Below, one piece after another: positions 18,742 through 28,839 of a DNA stretch of 33,221 bases. Source of the DNA: a virus (Duplodnaviria; Heunggongvirae; Uroviricota; Caudoviricetes). The stretch lies in the IMG/VR virus record IMGVR_UViG_2636415418_000001, positions 1 to 33,221 of that record; one strand, 5' to 3'. Within the stretch, counting starts at the first letter, position 1; each line of letters begins with the position of its first letter. The position numbers and the translations under genes were made by a program. A model generated the notes under the pieces. That model did not search any database. It saw nothing but the letters and a program-made list of their open reading frames with translations, and had not been told where the DNA came from.

Positions 18742-19924
18742 CGGAGGGTTTCGTGGTCATGTTCATCGGTGTGAGATAGACATCCCCACCGGGACGCGGA
18801 TTCATATCTTCCAGGTCGCGGCAGTCATTGGGAGAGTAAATTCCCCAGTTAATCCCGGTGGCGTAGGCTTCAAAACGGGACTTCATATCCCCGCGCAGTA
18901 ACGCCCCGGCGTTAAATTTGGCGTAATAAACGCCCTGCTTACTTTTTCGTACCAGTCCGGTGTTGATCCGCTGCTCAATGCGGGTCAGATACGGCACCAG
19001 TGAATAGTTGATAAATCCGAGCCCCAGCTCTTCGATATTGTTGAAGGTGGCGCGATCGGTGTTCTGCACCATGTGCAATGGCACACGGAACAGACGACAA
19101 ATTTCTTCAAGCTGAAACTTGCGGGTTTCCAGGAACTGGCTGTCCTCTGCGTTCAACGCCATCGACTTCCAGTCCAGCCCCATCTCAAGGATCATCGGGC
19201 GGTGAGCATTGCCAAGCCCGGTGTGACGCTCCTCAAAATCTTTCTTCAGGCGCTCATAAGCCTGATCCGACAGCGTCTGCTCTGTACGCAAAACACCCGA
19301 CGTCACCGCGCCATTGCTGAACAGTCTGGCCCCGTGCTCTTCGGTCGCTGCCGCCAGCGATATTGCCTCGCGGGCATAGGCGATGGGATTCAGCCCCACC
19401 AGTCCGTCCAGCGTCAGCGTACGCACATGCCAGATATCCTCCTGGCTCAGTACATCCGTGGAGCCATCCGGGAATGTGACCTGATAGACCGGCTCCCAGC
19501 TACTGTTAAGCTTCGGTACCACACAGCCGGGATCGACGGGCAGCAGTTCAGCCACTTCGCCAAATGCTTTCACTTTGTAGGCGTAAAAGTTTCCCCGCAG
19601 GCACAGACAGGTGACCACCAGCTCCCAGAACTCCTGCGGCGTCATATAGCCATTGGGATGCGTGGAGATCAGCTTATGCAGACGTTCGCCAGTGGCTCTC
19701 TGCTTCAGGCTGCCGTTCAGGTGATACAGGTTGCAGGGCAACATCCCGACCGACTCCGCCAGCACCCTGACACAGGAAAAAACCGCCGTCAGTCGCATGG
19801 CCCGCTGGCTGCTGATCTGCTTTCCGGTATAGGTGTCGTAGGACAACCCGATAGCATCCGCCAGCTCTGCTGGCGTGGTCACCGGTGCGTCACTTTTTCG
19901 TTGAAATAATCCCGAAAAGAACAC
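18683..19924 (-). CDS. portal protein (HK97 family)
   Basis: 413-aa ORF downstream of the large terminase. Confidence 0.85.
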   Translation of the reverse strand: MFFSGLFQRKSDAPVTTPAELADAIGLSYDTYTGKQISSQRAMRLTAVFSCVRVLAESVGMLPCNLYHLNGSLKQRATGERLHKLISTHPNGYMTPQEFWELVVTCLCLRGNFYAYKVKAFGEVAELLPVDPGCVVPKLNSSWEPVYQVTFPDGSTDVLSQEDIWHVRTLTLDGLVGLNPIAYAREAISLAAATEEHGARLFSNGAVTSGVLRTEQTLSDQAYERLKKDFEERHTGLGNAHRPMILEMGLDWKSMALNAEDSQFLETRKFQLEEICRLFRVPLHMVQNTDRATFNNIEELGLGFINYSLVPYLTRIEQRINTGLVRKSKQGVYYAKFNAGALLRGDMKSRFEAYATGINWGIYSPNDCRDLEDMNPRPGGDVYLTPMNMTTKPSDGSKAGKQKDNANADETTS

Positions 19925-20106
19925 TATTTACCTCCGCCGACAGACGACTGTGTACGGTCGAGATATCGCGCCACCAGCCACGACCAGAACAGGCACAACG
20001 CCCCGGCAACAACAAACCCCGCCGGGGGATAAATCAGCCAGGCACCATACGCCAGCAAAAGCACCCCCAGCACGCCCACCAGAGGCGCGAGAATCAGCAT
20101 GATCAT
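19924..20106 (-). CDS. small membrane protein (two predicted TM helices)
   Basis: 60-aa hydrophobic ORF filling the terL-portal gap. Confidence 0.4.
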   Translation of the reverse strand: MIMLILAPLVGVLGVLLLAYGAWLIYPPAGFVVAGALCLFWSWLVARYLDRTQSSVGGGK

Positions 20107-20117
20107 AATTACCTCAG

Positions 20118-21851
20118 TTAAAGCGAGCGGATCCCGTAGGACTCAATGTGGTCGGACAGCGTGTCTTCTTTCTCATACAGCATGGCTCTGCCAACCGCCA
20201 TAATCAGCGCAACTGCACCATCGATTTTGTTTTCCGCCTGCTCTTTGACGGGCTTCACCACATCATCGTTACCCGGAATGGTTTTGCCGACCACGTTGCC
20301 GATACACCAGGTCATGATGGGATTGCCATCATGATGAAAGCGCCCCGATTCAATTGCCGCTTCCAGCTCTTTCATCGGGTCGGACATGTTGGTGTAGTTC
20401 TGAATGATGGTGATGGGATTCAGGTCTTCATCAGCAAGGTCATGTGACAGCCCGGTCGCCCCGAAGGGGTCGATGGGTGACTCGCTGACCGGGCTGATTT
20501 TGTTCGCCGCTTTGGCCTCTTCGAGGATGTAGCGATAATCCACCTCTGCACCATCGGTAACGGTCAGGACGCCCATTTCCACCCATTTCTGAAAGCGTTC
20601 GGCTGTCCGGCGATCTTCATTTTTCTCGACGCTGTACACCGTGTCATACGGTACCCAGAAACGCGGGGCCACACTGTAGTAATGCGTTTTACCGTCAATC
20701 TCGCGGGTATAAAGTCGCGCCATGCTGTTCATATCCAGCTTACGGGCCAGGTCAAAGGCCAGAATGCACGGCTGCCCCTCGAACTGCTCAAGGGTCAGTG
20801 ATTTATCCTCGCAGCTCTGCCAGCTCACCAGGTTGAAATACGCCGAACGCGCCGACACCCAGATATTGAGGTGTTTTGTTTTAAAGACGTTTGCCAGACG
20901 GGCGTTATTTTTCGCACGCTGCTGCTGACTTAACAAAAATTCGCGATAAACCGACACGCCAATATTCGGGTTAGCTTTTTCCAGCACCTGCGGGTCGGTC
21001 CAGTCATCGCCTTCGTCAACGGTATAGATGATCCCGAACAGTTCATCGTTGGGTACCGACCCGTTGAGCATCTCGATAACTTCCCGTCGCTTGTCGTAGC
21101 ACGGCCCCTCAATGTTGTACCCGGCAGTAGTAATGGCCCACATCAGTGGCTGACGTCGCGCCCCCATCCCGGTAAGCATCGTGGTGTAAAGCGCATCGGT
21201 GGCGTGCTCGTGATATTCATCCACCACCGCACAGTGGGGTGATGAACCATCACCGGGGTTACCGATCAGCGGTTCAAACCGCGCGCCATCCTCCGGACGA
21301 TTCATGTTTGAGGCGTTAACCTCAATCCCGAACGCTTCCGTCAGCATGGGTGTGCGTTTACACATCAGTCGCGCCGGGCGAAAGACTTCCCACGCCTGTT
21401 TCTCTGTCGTGGCACCGGAATACACTTCCGCGCCAAACTCGTTATCACAGGCAAAACAATACAGGGCAACACCGGCAGAGATTGCCGATTTGCCGTTCTT
21501 ACGGGGGATTTCGGTATACACCTCCCGGAAGCGGCGCAGCCGGGACCCTTTATTGACCCAGCCAAACGCACAGCAGACCACAAATAGCTGCCACGGCTCC
21601 AGCGTGATGGGCATCCTCTTGAATGCCCACTCACCCTTGGTGTGCGGCAACAGCTGAATAAATTTGGCGGCCCGTTCAGCCAGGTCCTTGTCGAAGCGGT
21701 AACGAAACGACTTACTTTTTTCCGCCATCAGGTCATCAAGATGGCGCTGGCAGGCCTGAATCACAAACTGGCAGGCCACAATCTTTCCGCGCACAACATC
21801 ACGGGCATACTGATTGGCAGCATTTACGTTGGGGTAAGATTTCCGGCTCAT
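20118..21851 (-). CDS. terminase large subunit
   Basis: 577-aa ORF; ATPase and nuclease-like regions, overlapping terS by 4 nt. Confidence 0.9.
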   Translation of the reverse strand: MSRKSYPNVNAANQYARDVVRGKIVACQFVIQACQRHLDDLMAEKSKSFRYRFDKDLAERAAKFIQLLPHTKGEWAFKRMPITLEPWQLFVVCCAFGWVNKGSRLRRFREVYTEIPRKNGKSAISAGVALYCFACDNEFGAEVYSGATTEKQAWEVFRPARLMCKRTPMLTEAFGIEVNASNMNRPEDGARFEPLIGNPGDGSSPHCAVVDEYHEHATDALYTTMLTGMGARRQPLMWAITTAGYNIEGPCYDKRREVIEMLNGSVPNDELFGIIYTVDEGDDWTDPQVLEKANPNIGVSVYREFLLSQQQRAKNNARLANVFKTKHLNIWVSARSAYFNLVSWQSCEDKSLTLEQFEGQPCILAFDLARKLDMNSMARLYTREIDGKTHYYSVAPRFWVPYDTVYSVEKNEDRRTAERFQKWVEMGVLTVTDGAEVDYRYILEEAKAANKISPVSESPIDPFGATGLSHDLADEDLNPITIIQNYTNMSDPMKELEAAIESGRFHHDGNPIMTWCIGNVVGKTIPGNDDVVKPVKEQAENKIDGAVALIMAVGRAMLYEKEDTLSDHIESYGIRSL

Positions 21852-22342
21852 GACTCGATGATTTTCAGAAACGGGTTAGTGGCTTTCTTCTGCCCCGCCA
21901 GGCCAATCAGACGCTGGCGGCTGCTGGGGTCGAGTCCGAGCATTGCCCCCGTGCTGCTCATCTCGGACTCCTGTTCTTTTTTGGCGGTCAGCTCCGGATT
22001 TTTGACCCTGCCGCCCATTGCACCGGTGATGGTGTTGCCCTGTATGGCAATATTTTTCACGGCACGTCGCCAGAACTCATAGGCCACGCACCACCGCTCA
22101 AGTACCGCCAGGTCAGTCACGCACAGCAGGCCCTGACCGCAGAGTTCTTTGGTTGTCAGTTGCCACATGATCGTGGCGAGAGGGAGATCTTCTTCAGCGA
22201 ACCACTCTGGTGGCTCAACACCTTTGATGGGCGTAAAAACAGGTTCATCTTTGTTCAGGGCTCGCTTGCCGGGGTTTCCGGCCAGCGCCTTGCGCGCCGT
22301 TGGCTTGGGGCGACGCCCGGAACGCCCCGCCGTTCCAGCCAT
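21848..22342 (-). CDS. terminase small subunit (P27-like)
   Basis: ATG at 22342 has an AGGAG RBS; the track ORF begins 3 codons earlier at a GTG. Confidence 0.75.
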   Translation of the reverse strand: MAGTAGRSGRRPKPTARKALAGNPGKRALNKDEPVFTPIKGVEPPEWFAEEDLPLATIMWQLTTKELCGQGLLCVTDLAVLERWCVAYEFWRRAVKNIAIQGNTITGAMGGRVKNPELTAKKEQESEMSSTGAMLGLDPSSRQRLIGLAGQKKATNPFLKIIES

Positions 22343-22467
22343 ATGCGGCACTCCTGGTTAAATTTCATTTTTCGCGGGTATAAAAAAACGATGGGGCGGG
22401 CAGTCCGGAAGACGTCAGGTCACAGGGATTTGACCCGCCCCTCCCCTCTGGCAGTGGGAACTGGTTC

Positions 22468-22875
22468 TTACTTCAACCGTTCACGGGCCGTCTTCGCCTT
22501 ATGACACGGCCAGCACAGACTCTGCAGATTACTGTCGGCATCAGTGCCGCCATGTGCTTTAGGGATGATGTGGTCAACGGTTTTCGCCTCGCGCACCACA
22601 CCGGCACGCAAACACAACTGACACAGGCCTTTGTCACGCTTGAGCACACGTTCACGGATAACATCCCATTTCGCACCATAACCGCGCTGGTGTCGGGACT
22701 GGCCTGGCTTGTATTGCTTCCAGCCTTCGCTTTTGTGGCTTTCGCAGTAGCCTGACGGGTCTGTGGTGGTATTACGGCAACCTCGAGCACGGCAGGCTTT
22801 CGGGATACGAGGAGGCACTTTATTACCTTGATTATTTATAGGGTTAAAATAAGTATATTCGCAAAAAACATTCAT
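22468..22875 (-). CDS. HNH endonuclease (terminase-associated)
   Basis: Cys-rich HNH motifs; a GTG with an AAGG RBS is an alternative shorter start. Confidence 0.8.
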   Translation of the reverse strand: MNVFCEYTYFNPINNQGNKVPPRIPKACRARGCRNTTTDPSGYCESHKSEGWKQYKPGQSRHQRGYGAKWDVIRERVLKRDKGLCQLCLRAGVVREAKTVDHIIPKAHGGTDADSNLQSLCWPCHKAKTARERLK

Positions 22876-22894
22876 TGATTATGAGAATCAAAAA

Positions 22895-23758
22895 TCAGGA
22901 AATAATACCCTCCGATTTTCCTTTGCTTATGTAAACTAATTTATCATTACCTAATGATAACACTTGTTGAAATTGTGGCTTTATTTTTATGCATCCTCCC
23001 AAAAAATAAGCAAAACTACTTACCCCTCCAATAACATTATAAGGATAATCTACTGACATAGATAAAACAGTTCCCGCCAGACTAAATATTTGTGAAAAAT
23101 CGAACTCAAAGGAAGTAGAGATGCTAAATTTTATTGGACTTTTCCACACTTCACAATTTAAGCGTTCAATATCCTTTATTGCTTGTTTAAGATTAGAAAG
23201 AGCTTTTGCTTTCTGAAGATTGATATCACCAGAACGTTTTATATCCAAGTAAAGCTCATCAAGATATTCATGTAAAGCGATTAATTCAGGTTTTCTTCTT
23301 TCCTTGAAATCAAGAATATCATGTAGGTGCACATCTTCTGTGGGAACGGGTAATAAATTTGCTAGTTCAAAACGTATCACTTCTGAGGTTCTAGATAATT
23401 CAGGCACCAAGTTTATTTGGTCACTTAAAAAATGCATGCGCCAATCGACAGAAGAATCCGCATGCCTAAGTATATCTATTGTTTTGGCATGAGTTTCAGC
23501 ATAAAAATCAGCCATATATTGGCCATCAAAACAACCATGATGTCTATATACAGGTCTGGTTAGCAATCCACATTTTTCTAATTCATCCTCGTTATTTAAT
23601 GCTGTATGTATAATATTATTAGTGGGTGAAACTAGTTTATCCCAATAAAGACATAGATAGTTTATTTCTAATTGACTAATCCATTTACCTGTACGGATGC
23701 CTTTTCCATCCTCGGTTTTAAGTAATTCGCATGCACTAAATACCACACCTCTTTCCAT
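22895..23758 (-). CDS. hypothetical protein, AT-rich cargo (no family recognised)
   Basis: 287-aa ORF with a strong RBS (AGGAGA 7 nt upstream); markedly AT-rich compared with flanking lysis and packaging genes. Confidence 0.6.
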   Translation of the reverse strand: MERGVVFSACELLKTEDGKGIRTGKWISQLEINYLCLYWDKLVSPTNNIIHTALNNEDELEKCGLLTRPVYRHHGCFDGQYMADFYAETHAKTIDILRHADSSVDWRMHFLSDQINLVPELSRTSEVIRFELANLLPVPTEDVHLHDILDFKERRKPELIALHEYLDELYLDIKRSGDINLQKAKALSNLKQAIKDIERLNCEVWKSPIKFSISTSFEFDFSQIFSLAGTVLSMSVDYPYNVIGGVSSFAYFLGGCIKIKPQFQQVLSLGNDKLVYISKGKSEGIIS

Positions 23759-23830
23759 GTCCGTCTCCTGTGATTAAGCTAATAGTAATTTAGCATTATC
23801 TTATACGAACGTGGAGTGTCATCTATAGAT

Positions 23831-24292
23831 TCATTTCTGGCACTGTGTCTTGATGTACTCCTGCAAATAGTTAACCTGTGCAGTTATCTTGTCGATCCCA
23901 CTTCGGAGGCGGTAATAATTGAGTTCAGCATCAGCTGTAAGTCTTGGACTTTCTCCATAGCCCATGCCGCTGGCTCCGGTCGTTGACTTTGCACAGGTGG
24001 CGGCGATTTGCAAGCGCTTACGACCAGCAGAGACATCAGTACGGAGACTTTCGAGAGTCGTGTTAGCATCAGCAAGCTCCTTTGTGTATCTGGCGTCAAG
24101 TTCAGCTACGTCACGTTGACGCTTCTGCATATCAGAGATCGTCGCCATAGCCGAATGTAATGCCATAGCGTTTTCGTCGCGCTGCTTTTTGTATTCAATG
24201 GCTTGATTGTGGTAATGATTCGCTGACCAGATGAAAGAACCAATAATAGTAACGAAGAAAGCAGCGATAACTAGCTTATAGCTCAACTTCAT
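23831..24292 (-). CDS. Rz: i-spanin Rz
   Basis: Close match to lambda Rz; N-terminal TM helix and coiled-coil periplasmic domain. Confidence 0.85.
   Translation of the reverse strand: MKLSYKLVIAAFFVTIIGSFIWSANHYHNQAIEYKKQRDENAMALHSAMATISDMQKRQRDVAELDARYTKELADANTTLESLRTDVSAGRKRLQIAATCAKSTTGASGMGYGESPRLTADAELNYYRLRSGIDKITAQVNYLQEYIKTQCQK
23884..24069 (-). CDS. Rz1: o-spanin Rz1 (lipoprotein), embedded in Rz in the +1 frame
   Basis: Start MLTRLSKVS with AAGGAG RBS; lipobox VVSAC; Pro-rich mature region. Confidence 0.7.
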   Translation of the reverse strand: MLTRLSKVSVLMSLLVVSACKSPPPVQSQRPEPAAWAMEKVQDLQLMLNSIITASEVGSTR

Positions 24293-24752
24293 TTACCACC
24301 CCGCCAACCTCTTTAAACCTGGCAATCAGGTCACCAATTTTATGTTCATACTGACCGTAACCAGCGCCCGGCAACGAAGCCCAGATATTGCTGCAACGGT
24401 CGATAGCCTGACGAATATCACCGCGATCAATCATCGGTAAAGCGCCACGCTCTTTAATCTGCTGCAGAGCTACAGCGTCCTGGCTTTCTGGAGAAAAATC
24501 TTTCAGGCCAAGCTGTTTACGGTAAGCATCCCACCAGCGTGAAAGAAGCTGGTAACGTCCGGCTGCTGTTGATTTGAGTTTGGGGTTTAGCGTGACAAGT
24601 TTGCGAGGGTGATCGGAGTAATCAGTGAATAGCTCTCCGCCTACAATGACGTCATAACCATGATTTCTGGTTTTCTGACGTCCGTTATCAGTTCCTTCTG
24701 ACCATGCCACCATATCGAGGAAAGCTTTACGCTGAGGATTAAGATTTTGCAT
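24276..24752 (-). CDS. R: endolysin, lambda R-type lytic transglycosylase
   Basis: 158 aa, near-identical to lambda R over most of its length. Confidence 0.9.
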   Translation of the reverse strand: MQNLNPQRKAFLDMVAWSEGTDNGRQKTRNHGYDVIVGGELFTDYSDHPRKLVTLNPKLKSTAAGRYQLLSRWWDAYRKQLGLKDFSPESQDAVALQQIKERGALPMIDRGDIRQAIDRCSNIWASLPGAGYGQYEHKIGDLIARFKEVGGVVNEVEL

Positions 24753-25056
24753 TTTTCACCCCTGTCAGTCGTTCCCAGAAGTACGTCAGTGCAACCGAAC
24801 CCATCGCACCACTAATCCCCGCTGTCGCGAGAATCATGTAAATACTGAATCCACTTTCGATGCTGATCAGGCCACCAATAACACCGGTGAATCCTGATAC
24901 CACTATCTGAGCCAAAGCATTTATCCAACTCCACGTTGCTTTACTCTGCTTCACATCTATCAGGTAGCGGACTAGACCGCCCCAACCTGCGATGATCAGC
25001 AAAACGAGCCAGAACGCTCCGGCAAGGCTCTCTTTTTCGTGCATATGAATAGCCAA
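24739..25056 (-). CDS. holin
   Basis: Hydrophobic ORF with TM segments overlapping the endolysin start; TTG start at 25056 and ATG at 25044 could form a dual-start pair. Confidence 0.7.
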   Translation of the reverse strand: MAIHMHEKESLAGAFWLVLLIIAGWGGLVRYLIDVKQSKATWSWINALAQIVVSGFTGVIGGLISIESGFSIYMILATAGISGAMGSVALTYFWERLTGVKNAKS

Positions 25057-25159
25057 TGTTTCGCCGCCGACAAAAGGCCGGGACGTTAAATGTCAGAAAT
25101 CAGGCTCACGGGGTAATTTAACGACAAAGCACGGAGTTGATGCTCCCCGCAAGCCTGGA

Positions 25160-25184
25160 ATAAAAAAGCCAGCATGTAGCTGGC
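25160..25184 (-). terminator. tR'-like intrinsic terminator of the short late leader
   Basis: Minus strand: GCCAGC-TACAT-GCTGGC followed by TTTTTTATT, about 185 nt downstream of the pR' candidate. Confidence 0.5.
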
Positions 25185-25353
25185 AACAGAGGGTTAAGCA
25201 ATATCAACTCAACAGCTGAAGACACCCTGGCTGGGGTACGTTGGAAGGATACTCACCGCCCAGAAACAGAAAAGCCCAAGGCTTTAAACCTCGAGCTTGA
25301 ATTTGGATTACTGCCAGTGCGTACAACATTGGCAAAATATCAGTTTTATATGA

Positions 25354-25382
25354 AATATATGCTTTTTAATCCAGTTTTGCAA
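25354..25382 (-). promoter_or_regulatory. pR'-like late promoter
   Basis: Minus strand: TTGCAA-N17-TATATT spanning the Q stop codon; the qut site would be expected just downstream. Confidence 0.45.
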
Positions 25383-26055
25383 TATTTTGCTGTGAAAATG
25401 TCGCCTTTTGTTTTGAACGTGTTCTCGTTAGAAGCAATAAAGCTTCGCTATCAAGCTGTAGAAAAATGTGCTTCATTGCAACCCAGCGTTCAGTGAATGT
25501 CTCAGACCAGTTTTTTGATGTCACTCCCACCAGTGACGCCAGTTCCTGGTATTCATAAGCCTCACGCCCTGCCAGTTCGCTCTTCACATCCTGTGCCGCC
25601 AGCCAGATCAACTTCTTCAGGCGTTCCAGTGTCTTACCTGCAATTTTTCTGGTACCCAACAGAGTCTTAAACTCGCTCCATGCCCACTGCGTTATGGCAA
25701 CCTGATGCTCCCAGCGAATATTTTCACTGTAACTCCACAGCAACCATGCTTTCTGATGCTCATCGAGAGACAGAACAGCGCGGCGCCATGAAGAGGTTGA
25801 AAACTCGACCGGACTGATCAGGGCGACAGATGAACCTTTTGCGTACGACTGTTTACCGGAAATCGGCGGATTATCCAGCATAATAATCTTGCCAGTTACC
25901 TCATCCAGAATGCGTCGCTTCTTTCGTTTGTATGTACCAGTATCAAATTGTGCATGCTCCAGCCAGGCTTCAAGCTGGCCTTTCGTTGCTCCGCTCAAGT
26001 CAGCGGTAGCCACCATGAGTTGCTCGCGGACATACTGTAAATATTGGGTATTCAT
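25366..26055 (-). CDS. putative late-gene antiterminator Q
   Basis: 229-aa ORF with strong AAGGAG RBS, between ylcG/rusA and the pR'-lysis region; family not confirmed by sequence. Confidence 0.5.
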   Translation of the reverse strand: MNTQYLQYVREQLMVATADLSGATKGQLEAWLEHAQFDTGTYKRKKRRILDEVTGKIIMLDNPPISGKQSYAKGSSVALISPVEFSTSSWRRAVLSLDEHQKAWLLWSYSENIRWEHQVAITQWAWSEFKTLLGTRKIAGKTLERLKKLIWLAAQDVKSELAGREAYEYQELASLVGVTSKNWSETFTERWVAMKHIFLQLDSEALLLLTRTRSKQKATFSQQNIAKLD

Positions 26056-26189
26056 GCGGCAGCTCCTTTCAGTGTTTTGGCGTAATTCCTCAGTATTCGG
26101 TAATCGGTCAAAACAGAACCGGGGAAACGATATAAGCGCAGGCGCATCCAGCGGTGGCGAAGACGTTCTGCCATATAAGACTCAAACAT
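26052..26189 (-). CDS. ylcG: YlcG-like small protein
   Basis: Unlisted 45-aa ORF whose start overlaps the rusA stop and whose stop overlaps the Q start; DLP12 order rusA-ylcG-Q. Confidence 0.55.
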   Translation of the reverse strand: MFESYMAERLRHRWMRLRLYRFPGSVLTDYRILRNYAKTLKGAAA

Positions 26190-26551
26190 CATTCATCTCC
26201 CAGTTCAGTGATGGTCAGCTCCAGCTTTCCACCTTTGGTAACGGGCATCTTCACAACGCGGTAATCAACGACCTGAGCATCATCCAGCCAGAAACCCGCT
26301 TTGGAGAGTGCGTCAAAAGCGGCCTTTTGCAGATTATCCAGGTCACGGCGACGGCGATCCGGCATGTGGCACTCAATGCGGATTTTCACAGGAATAGCCA
26401 GGCCGATATCCAGCATTGCGTTTTTAATGATTCTGGCGACGTTATCGCGGTATGCCTGCCCCTCTGCGCTGACGTGCGTGCGCCCGCGATTATGGCGGTA
26501 ATAGCGATTATTGCTCGGAGGCCAGGGTAATGTGATGCTGTAGGTATTCAC
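26189..26551 (-). CDS. rusA: RusA Holliday-junction resolvase
   Basis: 120 aa, near-identical to DLP12 RusA. Confidence 0.9.
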   Translation of the reverse strand: MNTYSITLPWPPSNNRYYRHNRGRTHVSAEGQAYRDNVARIIKNAMLDIGLAIPVKIRIECHMPDRRRRDLDNLQKAAFDALSKAGFWLDDAQVVDYRVVKMPVTKGGKLELTITELGDE

Positions 26552-26838
26552 GCCTTAATAACCCCCTCTTTCAGCCACATAACCTGTGTTCTCGCCATAC
26601 CTTCCAGCGCGCATTCTTTTGCATATCCAGCGTCAACAAAATGCGTGCGACGGTCGATCTCATCGTGACAGGCAGAACATGCAATGGTGGCAATCAGGTC
26701 TGGCGGTTTGGTACCGGTGCCGCACAATCCAGCCAGCCGGATATGTGCCAGTACAGATGTTTCAGGGTTGCCATTACATACGCCAGGGATTCTTACCTGG
26801 CATTCCCGACCACGCGCTGCTTTTCTCAAATCAGCCAT
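26548..26838 (-). CDS. ybcO: YbcO-like protein (DUF1364)
   Basis: Start taken at MADLRKA (96 aa), which matches DLP12 YbcO; the track ORF starts 13 codons earlier. Confidence 0.8.
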   Translation of the reverse strand: MADLRKAARGRECQVRIPGVCNGNPETSVLAHIRLAGLCGTGTKPPDLIATIACSACHDEIDRRTHFVDAGYAKECALEGMARTQVMWLKEGVIKA

Positions 26839-27001
26839 GACTCCTCCTTGCTGCCAGTCGCAACCATTTTTTATCAACCAGGCTGGCGGTATATCCGAGC
26901 AGTGTTGGTATTTCGGATGGCTTCAGCTCAGGTTTACGCTTACGACGATTTGGTACTCTGTAGATGTGTCCGTTCATGACACGAATAAGCGGTGTAGCCA
27001 T
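26831..27001 (-). CDS. ninE: NinE
   Basis: 56-aa product from MATPLIRV; C-terminal WLRLAARR motif as in lambda NinE. Confidence 0.7.
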   Translation of the reverse strand: MATPLIRVMNGHIYRVPNRRKRKPELKPSEIPTLLGYTASLVDKKWLRLAARRSHG

Positions 27002-27456
27002 TACGCCTCCTGCTTGTCGCGCAGCAGCTGGAACTCGCAGCTCTGTGGAATAGTCAGGTGGCAACCAATATTCATCGCCCAGGCTTCAACCTTACACAGG
27101 AAGACATACATCTCTCCGGTATCAAGATCGGAGGTATGGCGTAACGATTGGATAGTGGTGATATCACCGGTTACGACATCAACCAGGTCTTTGGTTTCAT
27201 AACCGAGATATGTGTGTTTGAGAGCATCTTTTACCCAAGCTGGAGTGGCGAACGTTTTACCCCTGCTGATGAGGTATTCACTGATTTCGCTGTACCACAT
27301 GTGGCTGAGTGCATTCTGGGAAAGACTGCGTCTCTCGCGCCACGGTTTAAGCACCATGCGAAAGCATTTGCCGTCCTCCAGATAAGGCTGGATCTGCCGA
27401 CCGATAGCGGTGAAGTTACCGCGATGCAATTTGATACCATCTTGTGGGAGGTTCAC
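27001..27456 (-). CDS. ybcN: YbcN/NinB-like protein
   Basis: 151-aa ORF with RSLSQN motif as in NinB; DLP12 order ybcN-ninE-ybcO-rusA. Confidence 0.7.
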   Translation of the reverse strand: MNLPQDGIKLHRGNFTAIGRQIQPYLEDGKCFRMVLKPWRERRSLSQNALSHMWYSEISEYLISRGKTFATPAWVKDALKHTYLGYETKDLVDVVTGDITTIQSLRHTSDLDTGEMYVFLCKVEAWAMNIGCHLTIPQSCEFQLLRDKQEA

Positions 27457-27640
27457 GCTTCACCTCCGCAGAGGTCAAACGCTGGATGCAAAAAATCGCA
27501 GGTACATTTCTGCATCTGTGAAGGGAGAAGAGAGTTTGGATTGTATGTGCGCATAAACGTCCCCGTTTAGCGCAGAAGTCACCGAAGTTGTTCAAGCTCC
27601 GGTGACACAAGTATGGCGGTTTGATTATGGAAAATCAATT

Positions 27641-28453
27641 TTAGAATTTCATGTTAAAGCCGCTAAAATCTGTTTTTTTCTTGTATGGTATGGTCGTGTA
27701 CTGATCTGTTGATGTTTTACTCATAACATGTGCGAGAATAAGTTCATCTCCTGAATCCAGCCAAAACTCCACAGTCAAATGAATTTTTGGTTTAAGACCA
27801 TGCATTAATGCAACCATTTGTGCGCTAAACACTTCACCCGTGCTTAGTTTATAGTCTGAACGGAAACCTTGGATAAAACCACTTTCACCTAATACATTAT
27901 ATCTTAATTCATTATCCTTTAATTTATTAGTAAATAAGAACAAAAAGTCAGCGGTAACCTCGCTAAAATGATCAGCGGAAACCCTAACTATTACTTTATT
28001 GGATTCTGTTTTAAAGTCATATGAAAGATTGGAGAATAATTCATCCTGAGGTTTATAAGTGCTTTTACCAGAGATAATATCATTCATTTGTGCTATCACT
28101 ACATCTATACCATTTGTATAAAGGTCCAAATACACTTTTTGAGTAAGAAGTGCAGGCATAGGTGATTCATCACAACGTATAGCAATGAATTTAACATCTC
28201 CAGTGGCGGCTTTCATAAGTGCATTCTGCCATTCTAAAGACACCATATCACTCTTAAGGCTATTTTTTGTAACAAAGAAAAAGAAAATTTTAACGGATTC
28301 GATTCCATCATTCATTCGTTCAATAATCCCTTCACCAGGCTGAATTGACCACGAATCATAAAATACGTTATCCCTGCCATATATATCTGCAATTTTATCT
28401 GCAATATACCCAACGAAAGCTTTGTCTTTATAATTATGACTAATAAAAATCAT
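27641..28453 (-). CDS. TIR-domain protein with uncharacterised ~140-aa C-terminal domain
   Basis: N-terminus MIFISHNYKDKAFVGY…WSIQPGE…SLEWQNAL fits the bacterial TIR fold; strongly AT-rich gene with its own RBS. Confidence 0.7.
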   Translation of the reverse strand: MIFISHNYKDKAFVGYIADKIADIYGRDNVFYDSWSIQPGEGIIERMNDGIESVKIFFFFVTKNSLKSDMVSLEWQNALMKAATGDVKFIAIRCDESPMPALLTQKVYLDLYTNGIDVVIAQMNDIISGKSTYKPQDELFSNLSYDFKTESNKVIVRVSADHFSEVTADFLFLFTNKLKDNELRYNVLGESGFIQGFRSDYKLSTGEVFSAQMVALMHGLKPKIHLTVEFWLDSGDELILAHVMSKTSTDQYTTIPYKKKTDFSGFNMKF

Positions 28454-28545
28454 CGCTTAAACCCTTATTTTATGTGCAAAAGATATAAAAACCAGCCATT
28501 GAGGCCTTGTTATTATAACTTTAGGTTTTGGAAATTCCATTGATT

Positions 28546-28839
28546 TCAATACCCTACCCTCCCCCAAACCATCAACACCCGTTTCATCGCGGCACTCTGG
28601 CGACACTCCTTAAAAATTAGGTTCGTGCTCACCTTTCCTTCCCGTTCTTCCCTGGTAGCAAACCGGTAATACACCGTTCGCCAGACCTTACCTTCGATAA
28701 CCAGAAGACCTGCCCGTGCCATTTTAGCCGCGGCCTGATTTATGCTGGTTACTGTTGCGCCTGTTAGCGCGGCAACGTCCGGCGCACAGAAGCTATTATG
28801 CGTCCCCAGGTAATGAATAATTGCCTCTTTGCCCGTCAT
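28546..28839 (-). CDS. ren: Ren
   Basis: 97 aa, near-identical to lambda Ren over most of its length. Confidence 0.85.
   Translation of the reverse strand: MTGKEAIIHYLGTHNSFCAPDVAALTGATVTSINQAAAKMARAGLLVIEGKVWRTVYYRFATREEREGKVSTNLIFKECRQSAAMKRVLMVWGRVGY

Noticed and set aside
25057-25365. Possible tRNA gene(s) between Q and the holin, as in some Stx-type lambdoid phages
   Set aside because: No cloverleaf-compatible sequence or conserved tRNA motif was seen; the region is better explained by the pR' promoter and tR' terminator.
27416-27610. 64-aa minus-strand ORF between the TIR gene and ybcN
   Set aside because: No RBS; it overlaps the ybcN start region and the gap is more plausibly non-coding. 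An imperfect hairpin around 27578-27606 was noted but is too weak to call a terminator.
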